Source: the human T2T-CHM13v2.0 reference genome, Homo sapiens
DNA: 64,000 bases
Strand: one strand, 5' to 3'
Assembly: GCF_009914755.1 (NCBI RefSeq)
Contig: NC_060943.1
Position 1 is the first letter of the stretch, and each line of letters begins with the position of its first letter. Shown piece after piece: positions 1-17,949 of this stretch. Position numbers and translations under genes: made by a program. Below the pieces are notes generated by a model. The model worked only from the letters and a program-made list of their open reading frames with translations, did no database searches and was not told the DNA's origin.

Positions 1-159
1 ACCTGTCTCAGATACTTTTGGATCACACCTCTAACAAGCCTCCCCCTATCCCTTCCCACCCTCTAGTATCCTACATTTTTGAGTGGTAGAAGTTCCAAGC
101 TAGGAGGAATTGGTCTTAAAGATAGTCTAACAACATTCTCAAATTTTAGGATGTTTCCA

Positions 160-295
160 AGTCATCTGGAGGGCTTGTCAAAACACATATTTCTGGAGCC
201 CAATCCCAGAGTTTCTGATTTAGTAAGTCTGGGGTGGGGCCCAGAAATTGGATTTTCTCAAAAGTTTACAGTTGATGCTGATGCAGCTGGTGTAA
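160..295. mobile_element. MER5A-like hAT-Charlie fragment
   Basis: cagagtttctgatttagtaagtctggggtggggcccag...gatgctgatgcagctggt resembles MER5A. Confidence 0.6.
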
Positions 296-366
296 CCCTT
301 TCCTTCTACACATATGAAAGCTGGCTCCAACAGAGATGGTGTGAATGGTGCAGCTAGTTGTACAAA

Positions 367-572
367 GTGCTGTCCAGTAAGAACCTTCTGTGATGATGTA
401 CATGCTCTTCTGTCCTCCCCAACACCGTAGCCACATGTGGTTACTGAGCACTTAAAACGTGGCTAGTGCAACTGAGACTTCATATTTTTAATGCAATTAA
501 TCTTAATGAATTTTAATTCATATGATCGCATATCATACTTACTAGAGTAAGTACCATGTTGGACACCACATT
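367..572. mobile_element. MER3-like hAT-Charlie MITE
   Basis: gctgtccag...agccacatgtgg...gagcactt...gtggctagtgcaactgag...ttggacac, with inverted ends. Confidence 0.65.
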
Positions 573-733
573 TCTACAAGTGAGGTCTCCTGACTCCCAA
601 GCCAGTAAACTTTCTAATACACAGTACTGCCTTCTGTTTTCAAGCCACTAAGGATGTATGCAAGAGGAGAATCTCTAGGTCTTAGTAAACCTACATGCTC
701 AACTTGCCAATAGACATTGTCAAATGGTTGTCT

Positions 734-1469
734 GTGGCTGAGACCATGGTATACACTCACCAAATTCTGTTTCCAGTTCCTTCTTCAAAGGCACATGAGA
801 AAATATATTTCTCCATCCACTTGCAGTGAGATGAGACCACACGACTGGTTCTGGACAAGGAAATATAAGCTGAAGTGACATATGTCACTTCTAGACCGAG
901 GCAATGAAAACCTCCTGAGAGATTTTCTTTTTTTTGTTGTTTTTTTTCTTTTTTGAGACGGAGTCTTGCTCTGTCGCCCAGGCTGGAGTGCAGTGACACA
1001 ATATCGGTTCATTGCAAGCTCCGCCTCCCGGGTTCATGCCATTCTCCTTCCTCAGCCTCCTGAGTAGCTGGGACCACAGGCACCCGCCACCACGCCCGGT
1101 TAATTTTTTTTTCTTTTTTGTATTTTTAGTAGAGATGGGGTTTCACCATGTTAGTCAGGATGGTCTCGATCTACTGACCTCGTGATCCGCCCGCCTCGGC
1201 CTCCCAAAGTGCTGAGATTATAGGCGTGAGCCACCGCGCCCAGCCTGAGAGATTTTCTCATCTCTCTCTCCCCAGCTCTGGCAGCATAGAGGCCTTTAGG
1301 AGAGATGAAAGATGCTAGGTTACAGGGTTAACACATGGAGCTGGCCTGAAGAGTAGCTGGGATTTACAGTGGACTTTGTGTGAATGAGAGATAAACTTTA
1401 ATTGTGCTAACTGAGATTTTTGAAGTTATTTGTTACTGCACTGTGACCTAGTCTATCCTAAATTATACA
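734..1469 (+). mobile_element. MLT1-type MaLR solo LTR interrupted by an AluY (925-1244, minus strand, TSD tgagagattttct)
   Basis: tg...ca ends; ccacttgcagtgag...atatgtcacttct and ttatttgttactgca...ataca motifs. Confidence 0.55.
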
Positions 1470-1682
1470 CTCGCTGGCATGATTGTATCAATACTCCCAT
1501 CAGCATTTTATGAGAATTTCCATCTCCCCATACTTATTTATTTATTCGAAAAATAGTTATTGGCCAGGTGTGGTGGCTCACACCTGTAATCCCAGCACTT
1601 TGGGAGGCCAAGGCGGCTGGATCACCTGAGGTCAGGAGTTCGAGACCAACCTGGCCAACATGATGAAAACCCATCTCTACTA

Positions 1683-2012
<330 letters not shown>

Positions 2013-2957
2013 TCAAAAAAACATAGTTATTGAGCACCTACTATGTTCCTGGGTCTATTTTAGGCACTGGAGATACAACAGCAAACAAAATAGACAGAAA
2101 ATTGTGACCTCATGGAACTTATATTCCAGTGAAAGAATCAAACAATAAATATAATGAAAAAGAAGATAATATTATATTTTATTTTAGCAGGTGGGCACTG
2201 CTATGAAAAACATTAAAGCCAGGTAAAGGGAATTGAGAGCATTGGGTTGCAATTTTTTTTTCTTTTTTAAATTTTATTTCTTTATTGATACATAACAGAT
2301 ATACATATTTTCAGGGAACATGCGGTAACTTAATAAATTTATATAATTTGTAAAGACCAAATCAGGGGGCCAGGTGTGGTGGCTCATGCCTGTAATCCCA
2401 ACACTTTGGGAAGCCGAGGTGGGTGGATCACAAGGTCAGAAGTTCAAGACCAGCCTGGCCAAGATGATGAAACCCTGTCTCTGCTAAACATACAAAAATT
2501 AGGCTGGCATGGTGGTGGGCACCTGTAATCCCAGCTACTCGGGAGGCTGAGGTAGAAAATTGCTTGAACACGGGAGGCGGCAGTTGCAGTGAGCTGAGAT
2601 TGCACCACTGTACTCCAGCCTGGGCGACAGAGCAAGACTCTGTCTAAAAAAAAAAAAAAAAAAAAAAAGGATCAAATCAGGGTAATTAGGATATTCATCA
2701 CCTTAAATATTCATCTTTATGCTAAAAACATGAAGTCTTCTTCTATTATTCTAATTTTGAAATGTACAACAGATTATTGTAAACTATACTCACCCTACTG
2801 ATCTATCAAACACCAGATCTTATTTCTTCCATCTTACATTTCTTCCAAATGTAGCTATACATTTGTACCCATTAGTCAATTTCTCTTCATTTCCCCCCTC
2901 CACCCTACCCTTCCTGGCTACTGGTAGGAATCACCTATCTGCTCTCTATCTTCATGA

Positions 2958-3377
<420 letters not shown>

Positions 3378-3930
3378 TGAGCCACCTCACTCAACCATAT
3401 ACCACATTTTCTTTATGCATTCGCTCTTTGATGGGCACTTAGATTGACTCCATTATCTTGGTTATTGCAGCAAACAGTGCTGCAATAAACATGTGAATGC
3501 AAAGAGCATTTCTCCAGTGTTTTCCTCTGGTAGTTTCATAGTTTCAGATCTTAGATTTGAGTCTTTAATAGATTTTTGTTTAATTCTTGGATACAGTGAC
3601 TTCCTTCCTTTTGGGTGTATTCATAGCATGGGATTGCTGGATCATATGGTAGTTCTATTTATAATTTTTTGAGGAACCTCCATACTGTTCTCCAGAGTGG
3701 CTGTACTAATTTACATTCCCACCAACAGTGTATGAGGGTTCCCCTTTCTCTACGTCTTTGCCAGCATCCACCTTTTTATAAAGGCCGTTTTAACTGGGGT
3801 GAGGTGATAGCTCACTGTAGCTTTGATTTGCATTTCTCTGACAATTAGCGATGTTGAGCATTTTTGTATATACCCCTTAGCCATTTGAATGTCTTCTTTT
3901 AAGAAACGTCCATTCAGATCCTTTGCTCAC

Positions 3931-5062
<1,132 letters not shown>

Positions 5063-5401
5063 TGAGCCCGGCCCACACCCACTTTCTAACTAGATTTTTT
5101 TTTCCTGTTGAATTGTTTGAGCTCCTTATATATTCTGGTTATTAATCCCCTGTCAGATGGATAGTTTGCAAATATTTTCTTCCATTCTGTGGTGTGCCTC
5201 TTCACTTTGTTTATTGTTCCCTTTGCTTTGCAGAAGCTTTTTGGGTTGATACAATCCCATTTGTCTATTTTCACTTCGTTGCCGGTGCTTTTGAAGCCTT
5301 ACACAAAAAATCTTTGCCCAGACTAATGTCCTGGAGCAATTCCCCAATGATTTCTTCTGGTAATCTCATAGTTTCAGGTCTTGGATTTAAGTCTTTAATA
5401 G

Positions 5402-7120
<1,719 letters not shown>

Positions 7121-7132
7121 AGGCCGGGCTCA

Positions 7133-7384
<252 letters not shown>

Positions 7385-7790
7385 CTATCTCAAAAAAAAA
7401 AAAAAAAACCAACTGTGTTATCCTCTCACTGAATATACCCCTTTATCATTGTACAGTGACCTGCTCTGTTTCTTTTCACAAGCTTGGAATTGTAGTCTCT
7501 TTTATCTGATACCATATATAGATACCAAGTATAGCTACCCCTGCTTTTTTTTTTTTTTTTTTTTTTGGTTTCCAGTTGCACGGAATATCTTTCTCTAACT
7601 CTTCACTTTCAGTCTAAGTGTGTCTTTATAGGTGAACTGGGTTTCTTGTAGACAGCATAGAGTTGGGCCTTTTTTCTTTTTTCTTTCGAGACAAGGTTTG
7701 TGGCCCAGGCTGGAGTACAGTGGGGAAATCTCGGCTCACTGCTATCTCCGCCTCCCAGTATCAAGTGATCCTCCCACATCAGCCTCCTGA

Positions 7791-8012
<222 letters not shown>

Positions 8013-8061
8013 TAATTGGATAATTTATTTCCTTAACATTCATGTTATTATTGATAAGTAA

Positions 8062-8460
<399 letters not shown>

Positions 8461-8583
8461 TAGTATGTTTTAACTTGTTACTTTTTATTTTTATTGAATC
8501 TATTATAGGTTTTTGCATTGTGGTTACCTTAAGGCTTATAAAAAAATCTTATAACAAGTTTTTTGTTTTTTGTTTTTTTTTGA

Positions 8584-8769
<186 letters not shown>

Positions 8770-11055
8770 TAGTCAGGCTGATCTCGAACTCCCGACCTCA
8801 GGTGATCCGCCTGCTTCAGCCTCCCAAAGTGCTGGGATTATAGGTGTGGGCCACCGTGCCTGGCCCCCTTTTTTCCTTTCTTACTGTCTTCCTTTGTGGT
8901 TAAGTGATTTTCTCTGGTAGTACGTTTTAACTTGCTACTTTTTATTTTTATTGAATCTATTATAGGTTTTTGCATTGTGGTTACCTTGAGGCTTCTAAAA
9001 AAAATCTTATAACAAGTTATTTTAAAGCGATAACATCTTAGATCACAAAGAAAAAAATAGAAACAATGAATAAAAACTCCACACTTTATCTCCTTCCCTC
9101 CCACATTTTGACTTTTTGTTTCCTCAATTTACATATTTTTATTTTGCTTGTCTTTTAACAAGCTGCTATAGCTATTATTGTTTTAATTATGGGGTCTTAC
9201 TGTGTTGCTCAGACTGGCCTCAAACTCCTAGGTTCAAGTGATCCTCCTGCCTCAGCCTCCCAAGTAGCTGAGACTACACCCAGCTCAATATTATTGTTTT
9301 TGATAGATTTGTCTTTGAGGCTTTATGGTAGAGTTAAGAATGAATTGCATACCACAATTACAGTATTGGAGTATCCTGGGTTTCTCTGTGCACCTAATTT
9401 TACCAATGGGTTTTATACCTTCAAATATTTTCTTTGGCCAGGAATGATGGCTCACACCTGTAATCCCAACACTTTAGGAGGCCAATGGGGGAAGACTGCT
9501 TGAGCTCAGGAATTCGAGACCAGCCTGGGCAACATGGCAAAACCCCATCTCTACCAGAAAGAAAATACAAAAATTAGCCAGGCATGGTGGTGTGCACCTG
9601 TAGTCCCAGCTACTCAGGAGGCTGAGGTGGGAGGATCACTGGAGCCTGGCAGTTTGAGGCTGCAGTAAGCTATGATTGGGCCACTGCACTCCATCCTGGG
9701 TGATAGAGCAAGATCGTGTCTCAAAAAAAATTTTTTTTCTTTTTGCATGGTTTTTTTTTTTTCCGGATTGAGGAACTCTCTGGAACTGTCTTTCTTCAAG
9801 AGAGCATTTCTTATAATACAGATCTGGTAGTGGTGAATTCTCTCTGCTTTTATTTGGGAAAAACTTTATCTCTTCTTCATATTTGAATAATAGCTTTGCT
9901 TGATACAGTATTCTTGTATGGCCTTCATGGTTTTGATTGAGAAGTCTGTGGCCAGGTAAATTAGAGCTCTTTTAAGTGTTATTTCCTTCTTTTCTCTTAC
10001 TGTTTCTAGGATCCTCTCTTTGTTCTTGACCTTTGAGAGTTTGATTATTATATGCCTTGGGGTAATCAAATCTATTTGGTGTTCTCTGGCCTTTCTGTAC
10101 CTGGATATTTGCAATTTTTGAATGTCTTCCATTGTTTCTTTGAATATCCTTTCTATCCCCTTGCTCCTCCTCAGCTCCCTCTTGAACACCAATAATTCTT
10201 AGATTTTGTCTTCTATATTTCGTAGGTGATTTCCATTCCTTTCATTCTTTTTTCTTTTTTCTTCTGTATGTATTTACAAACAGCCCGTCTCCAAGTTCAC
10301 TGATTGTTTCCTCTGCTTGACCCACTCTGCTGTTGAGAACCTCTAATGAACTTTTCAGTTCAGCAAATGTATTTCTCAGTTCTAAGATTTGTTTGGGTTT
10401 TTTTTAAATTATTATTTCAATCTCTTTGTTAAATTTCACTGATAAATTTCTGCGTTGCTTTTCTATGTCGTCTTGGAATTCACTGAGTTTCCTTAAAAAT
10501 GCCATTTTGAATTCTTAGAAAGCTCACATATTACTGTCTTGTTAGGTTTAGTCACTGGTCCCTTACTTGGTCCATTTGGGGAGCTCATGGTTCCCTGTTT
10601 GCTTTGGTTTGTTGTTAATGTACATCTATGCCTTTGCACTGAAGGATTAGTCACTTATTCCAGCCTTCTCCGTCTGGCTTGTTTTGGCTTTTACTGGCTC
10701 CATTTGCTTACAGATTCTTCGTAATTGACCTGTTGGTTTCTTTTTTTCTGCTAGGTTGCTGCCTCCTTTTTAGCACTCAGTGGCACCTTAAAACCAGGTT
10801 TGCCTTGGCTCTATTAAAGATCAGAGCGTCTCCCATCCCGAATGGGGGAGGTCCCAAAGGGGATATCCCAGTAGCATAGGAAAGCTGGCTAGGGGTTCAT
10901 TCCCAGGGGAGCTATGGAAGAAACCTCCCACAGCATGGTGCTAACGAACAGCCACTCTGATTTGGCATCTCCTTTGGCCAAGTTATAGAGTAGAGAGAGT
11001 TTCCAGGGCTGGGGATTGTAGTCCCACCTCCCCACTTTGTCTGTGGCTATTCTCA

Positions 11056-11522
<467 letters not shown>

Positions 11523-12496
11523 AGTAACAAGTGTTAGGATTAAAGGCATGAGCCACCGCGCCCGGCCATCTTCTTTACCTCTCCACTGTGTCAGTTTTAT
11601 TTTTCTCTTCTTCTCTAGACACTTTGTTCCTCAAGATAGGGGGCAGAGTGGGAAAATGACCATAGTCAGAATCTATGGGAAGGACCCACCCAAAAGGAAA
11701 AGGCTTCTTGTGCCCAGGCTGCAGATCCAAACCCCAGGGAAGGACTCTCATTGGTTCAGTCTCCATTCTGTTCCAGGTGGAGCACAATGATTGGTCCAGC
11801 CTGACTCGTTTGCCCATCTCTTAACCATCACCATGGTGGGGAGGGGACACGCAGGAGACTGTCAGCTCCTATCCTAAACGGGGGAGGGGGCAGGGGTGAT
11901 CATTTTCTGAGCTCCTATAAACAAAGTTTCAGTTCTTTTTCCTCCTATGGCTGGAACACTGGAATAAGGAAAGAGGTCGTCTGTCTGGAGAGGCTGGTTG
12001 GGGAGTATGGTCTCCCCAGCCCAGCCAAGCTCAGGTCCCTGCATACAGCAGGCGCCTAATTGATGCTTATAGCACGAATGACTGAATGAATACCCCGTTC
12101 CCACAGGCTGTCCTGGGATGGTCCTAATTTCACAGACCCTGAGCGGATCAAGAATGAAGCGGGCCCAGGGGTCCCGCCCACCGGCTGAGTGCGTCTTAGG
12201 ACGCAGAGACAAGACCACGGAGGGCGGAACCTCTGAGCGTTAGGTGGCACCTTGGAGACCCCGCCACCTCCAAAGGCCCAGTTAGGGGCGGAGCTTCTAA
12301 ACCCTAGCATTTTGGATTGAACCATCGTCCGTCGGTTAAAGGGGAGAGCCGAGAAAGCCCTTCTGCATTTGTCGCCAGCCTTTTTACCACCTCCTGGCCA
12401 CAGAAACGACGTATTTGCTTCTCTAACGGCGACGCCGTTTCCCCCTTCGCCTCGTTACTCCTCAAAGCCCCACGCGGCCACAGAGTTCAGACTTAC

Positions 12497-12583
12497 CCAC
12501 CACCACCTTGCAGTGGCTCGCCCCAGTTTGACGCATTGCAGGGAAGGTCGGACCAATGGGCGCCAAGCTCTCATTTCCGCCAT
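12497..12583 (-). pseudogene. PPP5D1P: First exon (coding-like part, MAEMRAWRPLVRPSLQCVKLGRATARWWW) of the divergent PPP5C-derived gene PPP5D1/PPP5D1P
   Basis: ATG at 12583, 29 open codons, then a perfect TGG|GTAAGT donor at 12496. The peptide matches the PPP5D1 N-terminus as I recall it. Downstream exons lie outside the window and the exon 5' end is not defined. Confidence 0.8.
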
Positions 12584-13048
12584 GGGCCAGGCCCAATAGT
12601 GACGCGGCTCACAGAGGGACGCGTCACGCACCGCCGAGCTGTGCCCCTCCGCCGAAGAAAGTGAAGTGGGCCCGGGAGGCGGGGCGCGCGGCGAGGGAAA
12701 GTAGTCCGGCGACGGGAGCGAGCGCGCGCGCGCCCGGCGGCAAACCCAATTCCTGTGCAGGGTGGGGACGAGAGATTCGCGGGCCCGTAGGTGTGGAGCG
12801 GGGCGCGGAGGGATCCGTGGGAGCCGCAGTGCGGCGGCGCGCGGGCCGGGTGGGGCGGGGCCGAGCGAGGCGGGGCGCGCGCGGCGGCCGTTGAGGGACC
12901 GTTGGGGCGGGAGGCGGCGGCGGCGGCGGCGCGCGCTGCGGGCAGTGAGTGTGGAGGCGCGGACGCGCGGCGGAGCTGGAACTGCTGCAGCTGCTGCCGC
13001 CGCCGGAGGAACCTTGATCCCCGTGCTCCGGACACCCCGGGCCTCGCC

Positions 13049-13051
13049 ATG
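13049..13051 (+). CDS. CALM3: Calmodulin-3 coding exon 1 (initiator ATG only)
   Basis: ctcgccATG|gtgagt: good Kozak context and a consensus donor straight after the ATG, inside a CpG island. This is the typical calmodulin gene layout. Confidence 0.97.
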
Positions 13052-16000
13052 GTGAGTGAGGCTGGGGGGTCGCCGAGGCTGCGGGCTCTGAGGCGGGCTT
13101 AACGGGGCAGGACCCCTGAGGGGGCGACAGAGCCCAGAGTGGGGGGCGTCCGGGCCCGGCGAGAGCCTCGGGACCCTTTTCTACCCGCGTTGTCGGGGGC
13201 TGTTGAACCCAGAGCGGGACGTCTGGATCACCAGAGGTTTCCAGAAGCGACTTTAGCACCAAATGGGATGTTTAAGTCCACAAATGGGTATCTGAGCCCC
13301 TAAAGGGGACATTTGAACCCCGGATGGAGGATCGGGACCCTCAGTGGGACCCCTCAAAAGGATTTTGGACCCAGGATGGGGCGTTGGGTTTCAGGATGGA
13401 GGTGTTTGGACCCCAGGGGACGAAATAAGAAAGATGGGCTGGGGAGGGGAGCTATTCGGGCCCTGATGAAGGCGTTTGGTCCTGAGAGGATGCGGGGAAC
13501 GGGGGACGAAGGGAGGCTGGGCTGCTCCTGGATGGGGTGGTGGAGGGTAGCTGGGCCCGGGCGGGGAGGGGCGACCCCTGGGCTCCTGTGGAGCAGAGGA
13601 GAGGGTCAAGGATGGGCGGTCACTTCTACAGATGAGACTCCCGAGGGTGGGGGAGGGTGGGGGAGGGTGGTCTCCAGAGCCCAGCACTGCAGAGGAGGAG
13701 GAGGGTGAGGTGCAAGCTTATGGGAGGAAGAGCCTGGGGTGGGTGGCAGCGGAGATTAGAAGATACTCTTGAAGGCTTCCGGGACGGAGAAGGATCAGGG
13801 TCGTGGAGGTGGTGAAAAGGGATGGTGAGAGTGGGGCTCGCCAGTAGTCGGGGGACAGGGACCCTTGGGGTTAATTTGGAAGTAGCTAGAAAAGGTTCCG
13901 AGGTTACTAGTGGGTTAAGACTGTTGCTCTAGAAAGACAGAATTTTTTTTAACGGGGTGGGAGTGTTGTGTTTGGGTCCAAGAGAAGATGGATTTCCAAG
14001 GTGAGGGGTGGGGGAGGACTTGGGCTTGGGTGGTTGGGAGGTGAGGTGGAAGGAGAAAATGAATGGCAGTCAGTGGGGCCTAGGTTTGGGGGTGGATGTG
14101 GGTAGCACCCTGCCAGTCTCCAGGGACAGGCCAGGACAAAGACGGCTCAGTGTGGATGGGGAGTGGGCTGCAGGGCCCGGAGGAAGCTTTTCTACCGTCC
14201 TCCTTCCTCAGGAAGAACGCGGCTGGGTGGAAGACACCGGGGCAGTGGGAGCAGGTGGGCGGAGCTGTTCGGGCCCCTATTGCGCACTGAAGCCTCATGA
14301 AATGGGGATGGGAGATCAAAGTTTGGGGTGCCTCGAATGAGCCAGCTTTTTCAAGCCTAGAAGCCTCACTCTGTCGCTGCCCTTTTCAGGCCAAGAGCAC
14401 TGCCTTTTCCCAGCAGGAGCGCCGGTTTTCTCATGATCCCCAGCCCCACGCACCATGCTGCACCTCGTCACTTGTGCCAAATGACAGTGCAGTACAGTGT
14501 GGCGTCAGTGACAATCAGATGCCTATTCCCGTGCCCTCGGGGTGGGGGCTGCAGAGCTTGATCAGAGAGTGCCTCTGGGGAGACCCCTTGATCGGCCTGA
14601 GGGCCACTTGTTCCATTCAGGGCCCTCGCTGAGCGTGTCTGTTAATTCACAGGGCTTTGAGAGAAAACCAGCAGACTAGTTCTTTCCTACTCCCTGCCAC
14701 CCACAACACCCACAGCCCCACCAGGCTGAGCCTGGGAACCGTGTGCAGCCATCCTCCCTGGCAAGGCTGGGGAGAACAGGCAGCCGCTGCTGTGTATCAG
14801 ATCTCATACTTGCTGACACAGACCTGATGGCTCCTCTTGCCGCTACCCCATTTTCCCCCAGCAGAACCTGGCTAAAAGGGGCCCTGAAGCACTAGCAGGC
14901 CCCCTACCTCCAGAATAGGACCCAAGCTTTGGCCACAACTAGTTTCTCTTTCTGTTTGTAATCAGCAAGGTAGAGGTGGGACAAGTCACTGTTAACTGGC
15001 CTTGGACTTTGGCCTGAGCTCTGTGGCTCCTCCTTGGCCCGGGTGAGGGGCCCTGGCCTTGGTTTCTGATCTCATCTAACACTGCTCTCTGGCATTGGCT
15101 GGGGGCTGGGGCAAGGCAGAGAAATCACACCCTCTTCCCTCCCCCACCTCATGGTTTTTTTTCTTGTCCAGCCCCTTGCTGGAGCCTAAGATGAGGGATA
15201 AGGAAGCAGGAGACCAGCTGAGTTATTTTGGAAACAGTTTTTGTTGAAAGTTTAGTCTTCAGGTCTAGAAAGGGAAGAAACCTTGAGCAAGGATCAATGA
15301 TATCTTCTTAGGCGGTCGGTTTTCTGGGCGGCAACCTTGCTTGAGATCTGTACCTTTCCTTGACCAAGCAGGGAAGTGGGTCTCCAACATGGGAGGGAGA
15401 GCATCTGACAGGCCCTCCATGCAGAGCCACGCCTATTTGCAGCAACCCTGTGACAGAACTGAACATGGCAGTGCCTCATCTGCATCTTCCAGTCTTTTGG
15501 TGGAGACTGGCAAACGGTGGCCTTCAGAGCCGCTCGGGGCAGTCTGCAGCCTGTCACAGCCTCCTCGCCCCCACCCCCAGCCCCTTACAGTGCTGCCCAA
15601 AGGTCCGGGGAGCTGGACTTCTTGCAGGGCGGAACAGTGGGCTGGGAAGGCCCTGACCTGGCTCGCTTTTTCCATTCTAGGCCAGGGGAAAGAATGAAAA
15701 GCAGATGGGATGGCAGCCACCTCCCCACACTGCTGCCCTCCTCTCTGTTCTTTCCCTGACCCTCCCTGGGCATTGCCTGGTCTCGGTAACCAGAAGCCCA
15801 TCCTCCCTTCTCACTTTCCCTAAGCCTCTTCCTCAGGTGTCAGGACCTAAGGGATGGCTCCAGGCTTTTTTGTCCATGGTGGGAGGTGGGGGGCAGGTGG
15901 ATCAAGAGGCTCATGGGCCTGGGGCTACCAGGTTGGCATTTAGAAGCCCAACCACCCTGTCTTTTTTGAAGGCAATGCAGAAGAATCTTCATTTGGCCTC

Positions 16001-17442
16001 CCCACCTCCCCTTTACACTTTGGACTTTTCCAGAATGTGCATGTGTGCCGTTTTCTCCCTTCCTCTTTCCCCCTCCCTAAGCCCTCTCCCCTCTGTGATC
16101 ATCATTTTGATTACCCCTCCCATTCTGCCTATTTGGGGCTTGCAAGTTCTTCTTCCGTTAGGTTTTTTTTTTTTTTTTTCTAACTTTTTTAGATCAGTGA
16201 TTGTTAATATTTGGGACGGGGATGGGGGTAGGGGAGGCAGGCAGTGGTTTGTTCCTAGCTTCTGGAACCTCTCCGTAGAATACTGCAAATTCACATAATA
16301 GTCTGCTTCTATTTCTGAGGCTCTCAGACTCGAGACTAGAACATGCTATAGACTTGGAGCCCCTTTCCCTGATTGTGAAAGGAAGGGGAACAGACCCACC
16401 ATGGTCCCGGGATGGTGGTGCCTTCTTCACAGCATCAACAAAAACCAGGGAAAATGTGTCTTTTGGCTGCTAAAGCTAAATGTTGGGATTCAGCCTCCCC
16501 AACCCCCCAGCCCCGCTCCTGCCCCATAGGATCACTATGCCCGGCTGATGCCCAGCACACCAGTGCAGGAGAAGCCAGTCCCCGCATCTCCTCCCCACCC
16601 CCAAACCCCGCATGCAGCAAGGGCTGCCTGCCACCCACTGGCCAGTCCCCAGAGTGCCCAAGCTGGAAAGGGTTAAAAACTGCAGTGCAAGCCAGCTTCA
16701 GTCCTCTGCTGCTGCCCGCTGCAGCCCTCTCCCTGACGTTTGTCCCTTCTGCCCAAAAGAAACAAAACAGAATGGCCCTGTGCCCTCACTGTGCGCAGGG
16801 GGTGGAGCGCCTGCCTCCAGCCTGACCAGAGTTCTTTAGGTGCTTGAGCAACTCGGGCCGCCGGTTAGGAGAATTTTTGCCACTTGGGTGGACTCTGCCT
16901 GAGCCAACCGCCTCCAAATAGGTGACACAGAAACTAGCAGAGATAGCCCCAGACATCGTCCCTCTGCCCTACCCAAGGACTGGCCTGCTTCAGTTTGGAG
17001 CCTTCTAGAGCTTCTTGATGAGGCCTCCAGGGCAATCGTTCCCTTCACTCGGCCTCTGGGGCTCTCACTGATGAGATGCAAACCTGTGCCAGGCCTCACC
17101 AGCGCTGCTGGTTTGGGGCTGGGGCAGGCTTTTCTCCCGCCCCTGTGGCTCCCACATGCTGAGTTGAGATTGGAAGCCCGTGGGTCTGGGCAGCTTCATC
17201 GGGCCGTGCGTCCAGCAGGCCTGAGTGTCCAGCCCACCCTGGTACCCAGCTTTCTGAATCACCAGACTTTATCATCAGGCGCTGGCTCTGCCTCAGACCC
17301 TGACTCTGGCATGCTCCTCCCTGGCCCGGCGGGAATGGCACGTGGAGCTGGCCTCACTGGGGCCGAGGGCCTGGGCTGAGTGAGGAAGATGCGTCCGTGC
17401 TGTCCGGCCTGGTGACTGACTTTCCCCTTCATGCTTTTACAG

Positions 17443-17473
17443 GCTGACCAGCTGACTGAGGAGCAGATTGCAG
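17443..17473 (+). CDS. CALM3: Calmodulin-3 exon 2 (ADQLTEEQIA)
   Basis: ttttacag|GCTGACCAG...ATTGCAG|gtgagt; 31 nt. Confidence 0.98.
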
Positions 17474-17949
17474 GTGAGTCTGCTATCCCCCTCATCTTAG
17501 CTCAGGAAAGCCTCCACATCCCCAGCCAAATCTTAGCCACTGAGGAGTGACATCTGATGGGTGAACCTGTGTATCCCTTGTGTCACCTAACACTATGCCT
17601 TGTGCCTAGAATGCTGATAAATGTGTGTAAGAGCACACCAGTGCCCCAATGACACGAAGCCCCATGGCCCTGAGACAGGCCTTTACCAGACACCAAAGGC
17701 TGTGTTCCTCTCCTGGGCCTGGGTCATCTAGGGGCTTGATATCAGTGGCTGCAGGACGAGCCCAACTCTCTCTCCCAGCTTCAGCCAGGTTGGCTTAGAA
17801 GGTGAGCTCCCTGCCTCCCTGTGGGGCCTGCAGAGCTCCTGTCCCACTTTAGGAGCCGCCCAGGAGCTGGCTCGTCACTCCCACCTCTGCGCTTGCCTGC
17901 GCTTTGCACTTCCTTTCGCATGTGCCTGCGCCTGCCTGTTCTGCTGGCG

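Larger units (their letters stand above)
12150..13260. promoter_or_regulatory. CpG-island, TATA-less bidirectional promoter of CALM3 and the divergent PPP5D1P
   Basis: Very high CpG density, GC boxes (ggggcgggg ~12851), CCAAT motifs (~12553, ~12594, ~12746), TGACG half-sites, a (GC)n run ~12722-12733 and AGGGA motifs. CALM3 TSS estimated at ~12945. Confidence 0.9.

Noticed and set aside
12556-13262. Arg/Gly/Pro-rich ORFs over the CALM3 CpG island
   Set aside because: Compositional artefacts.
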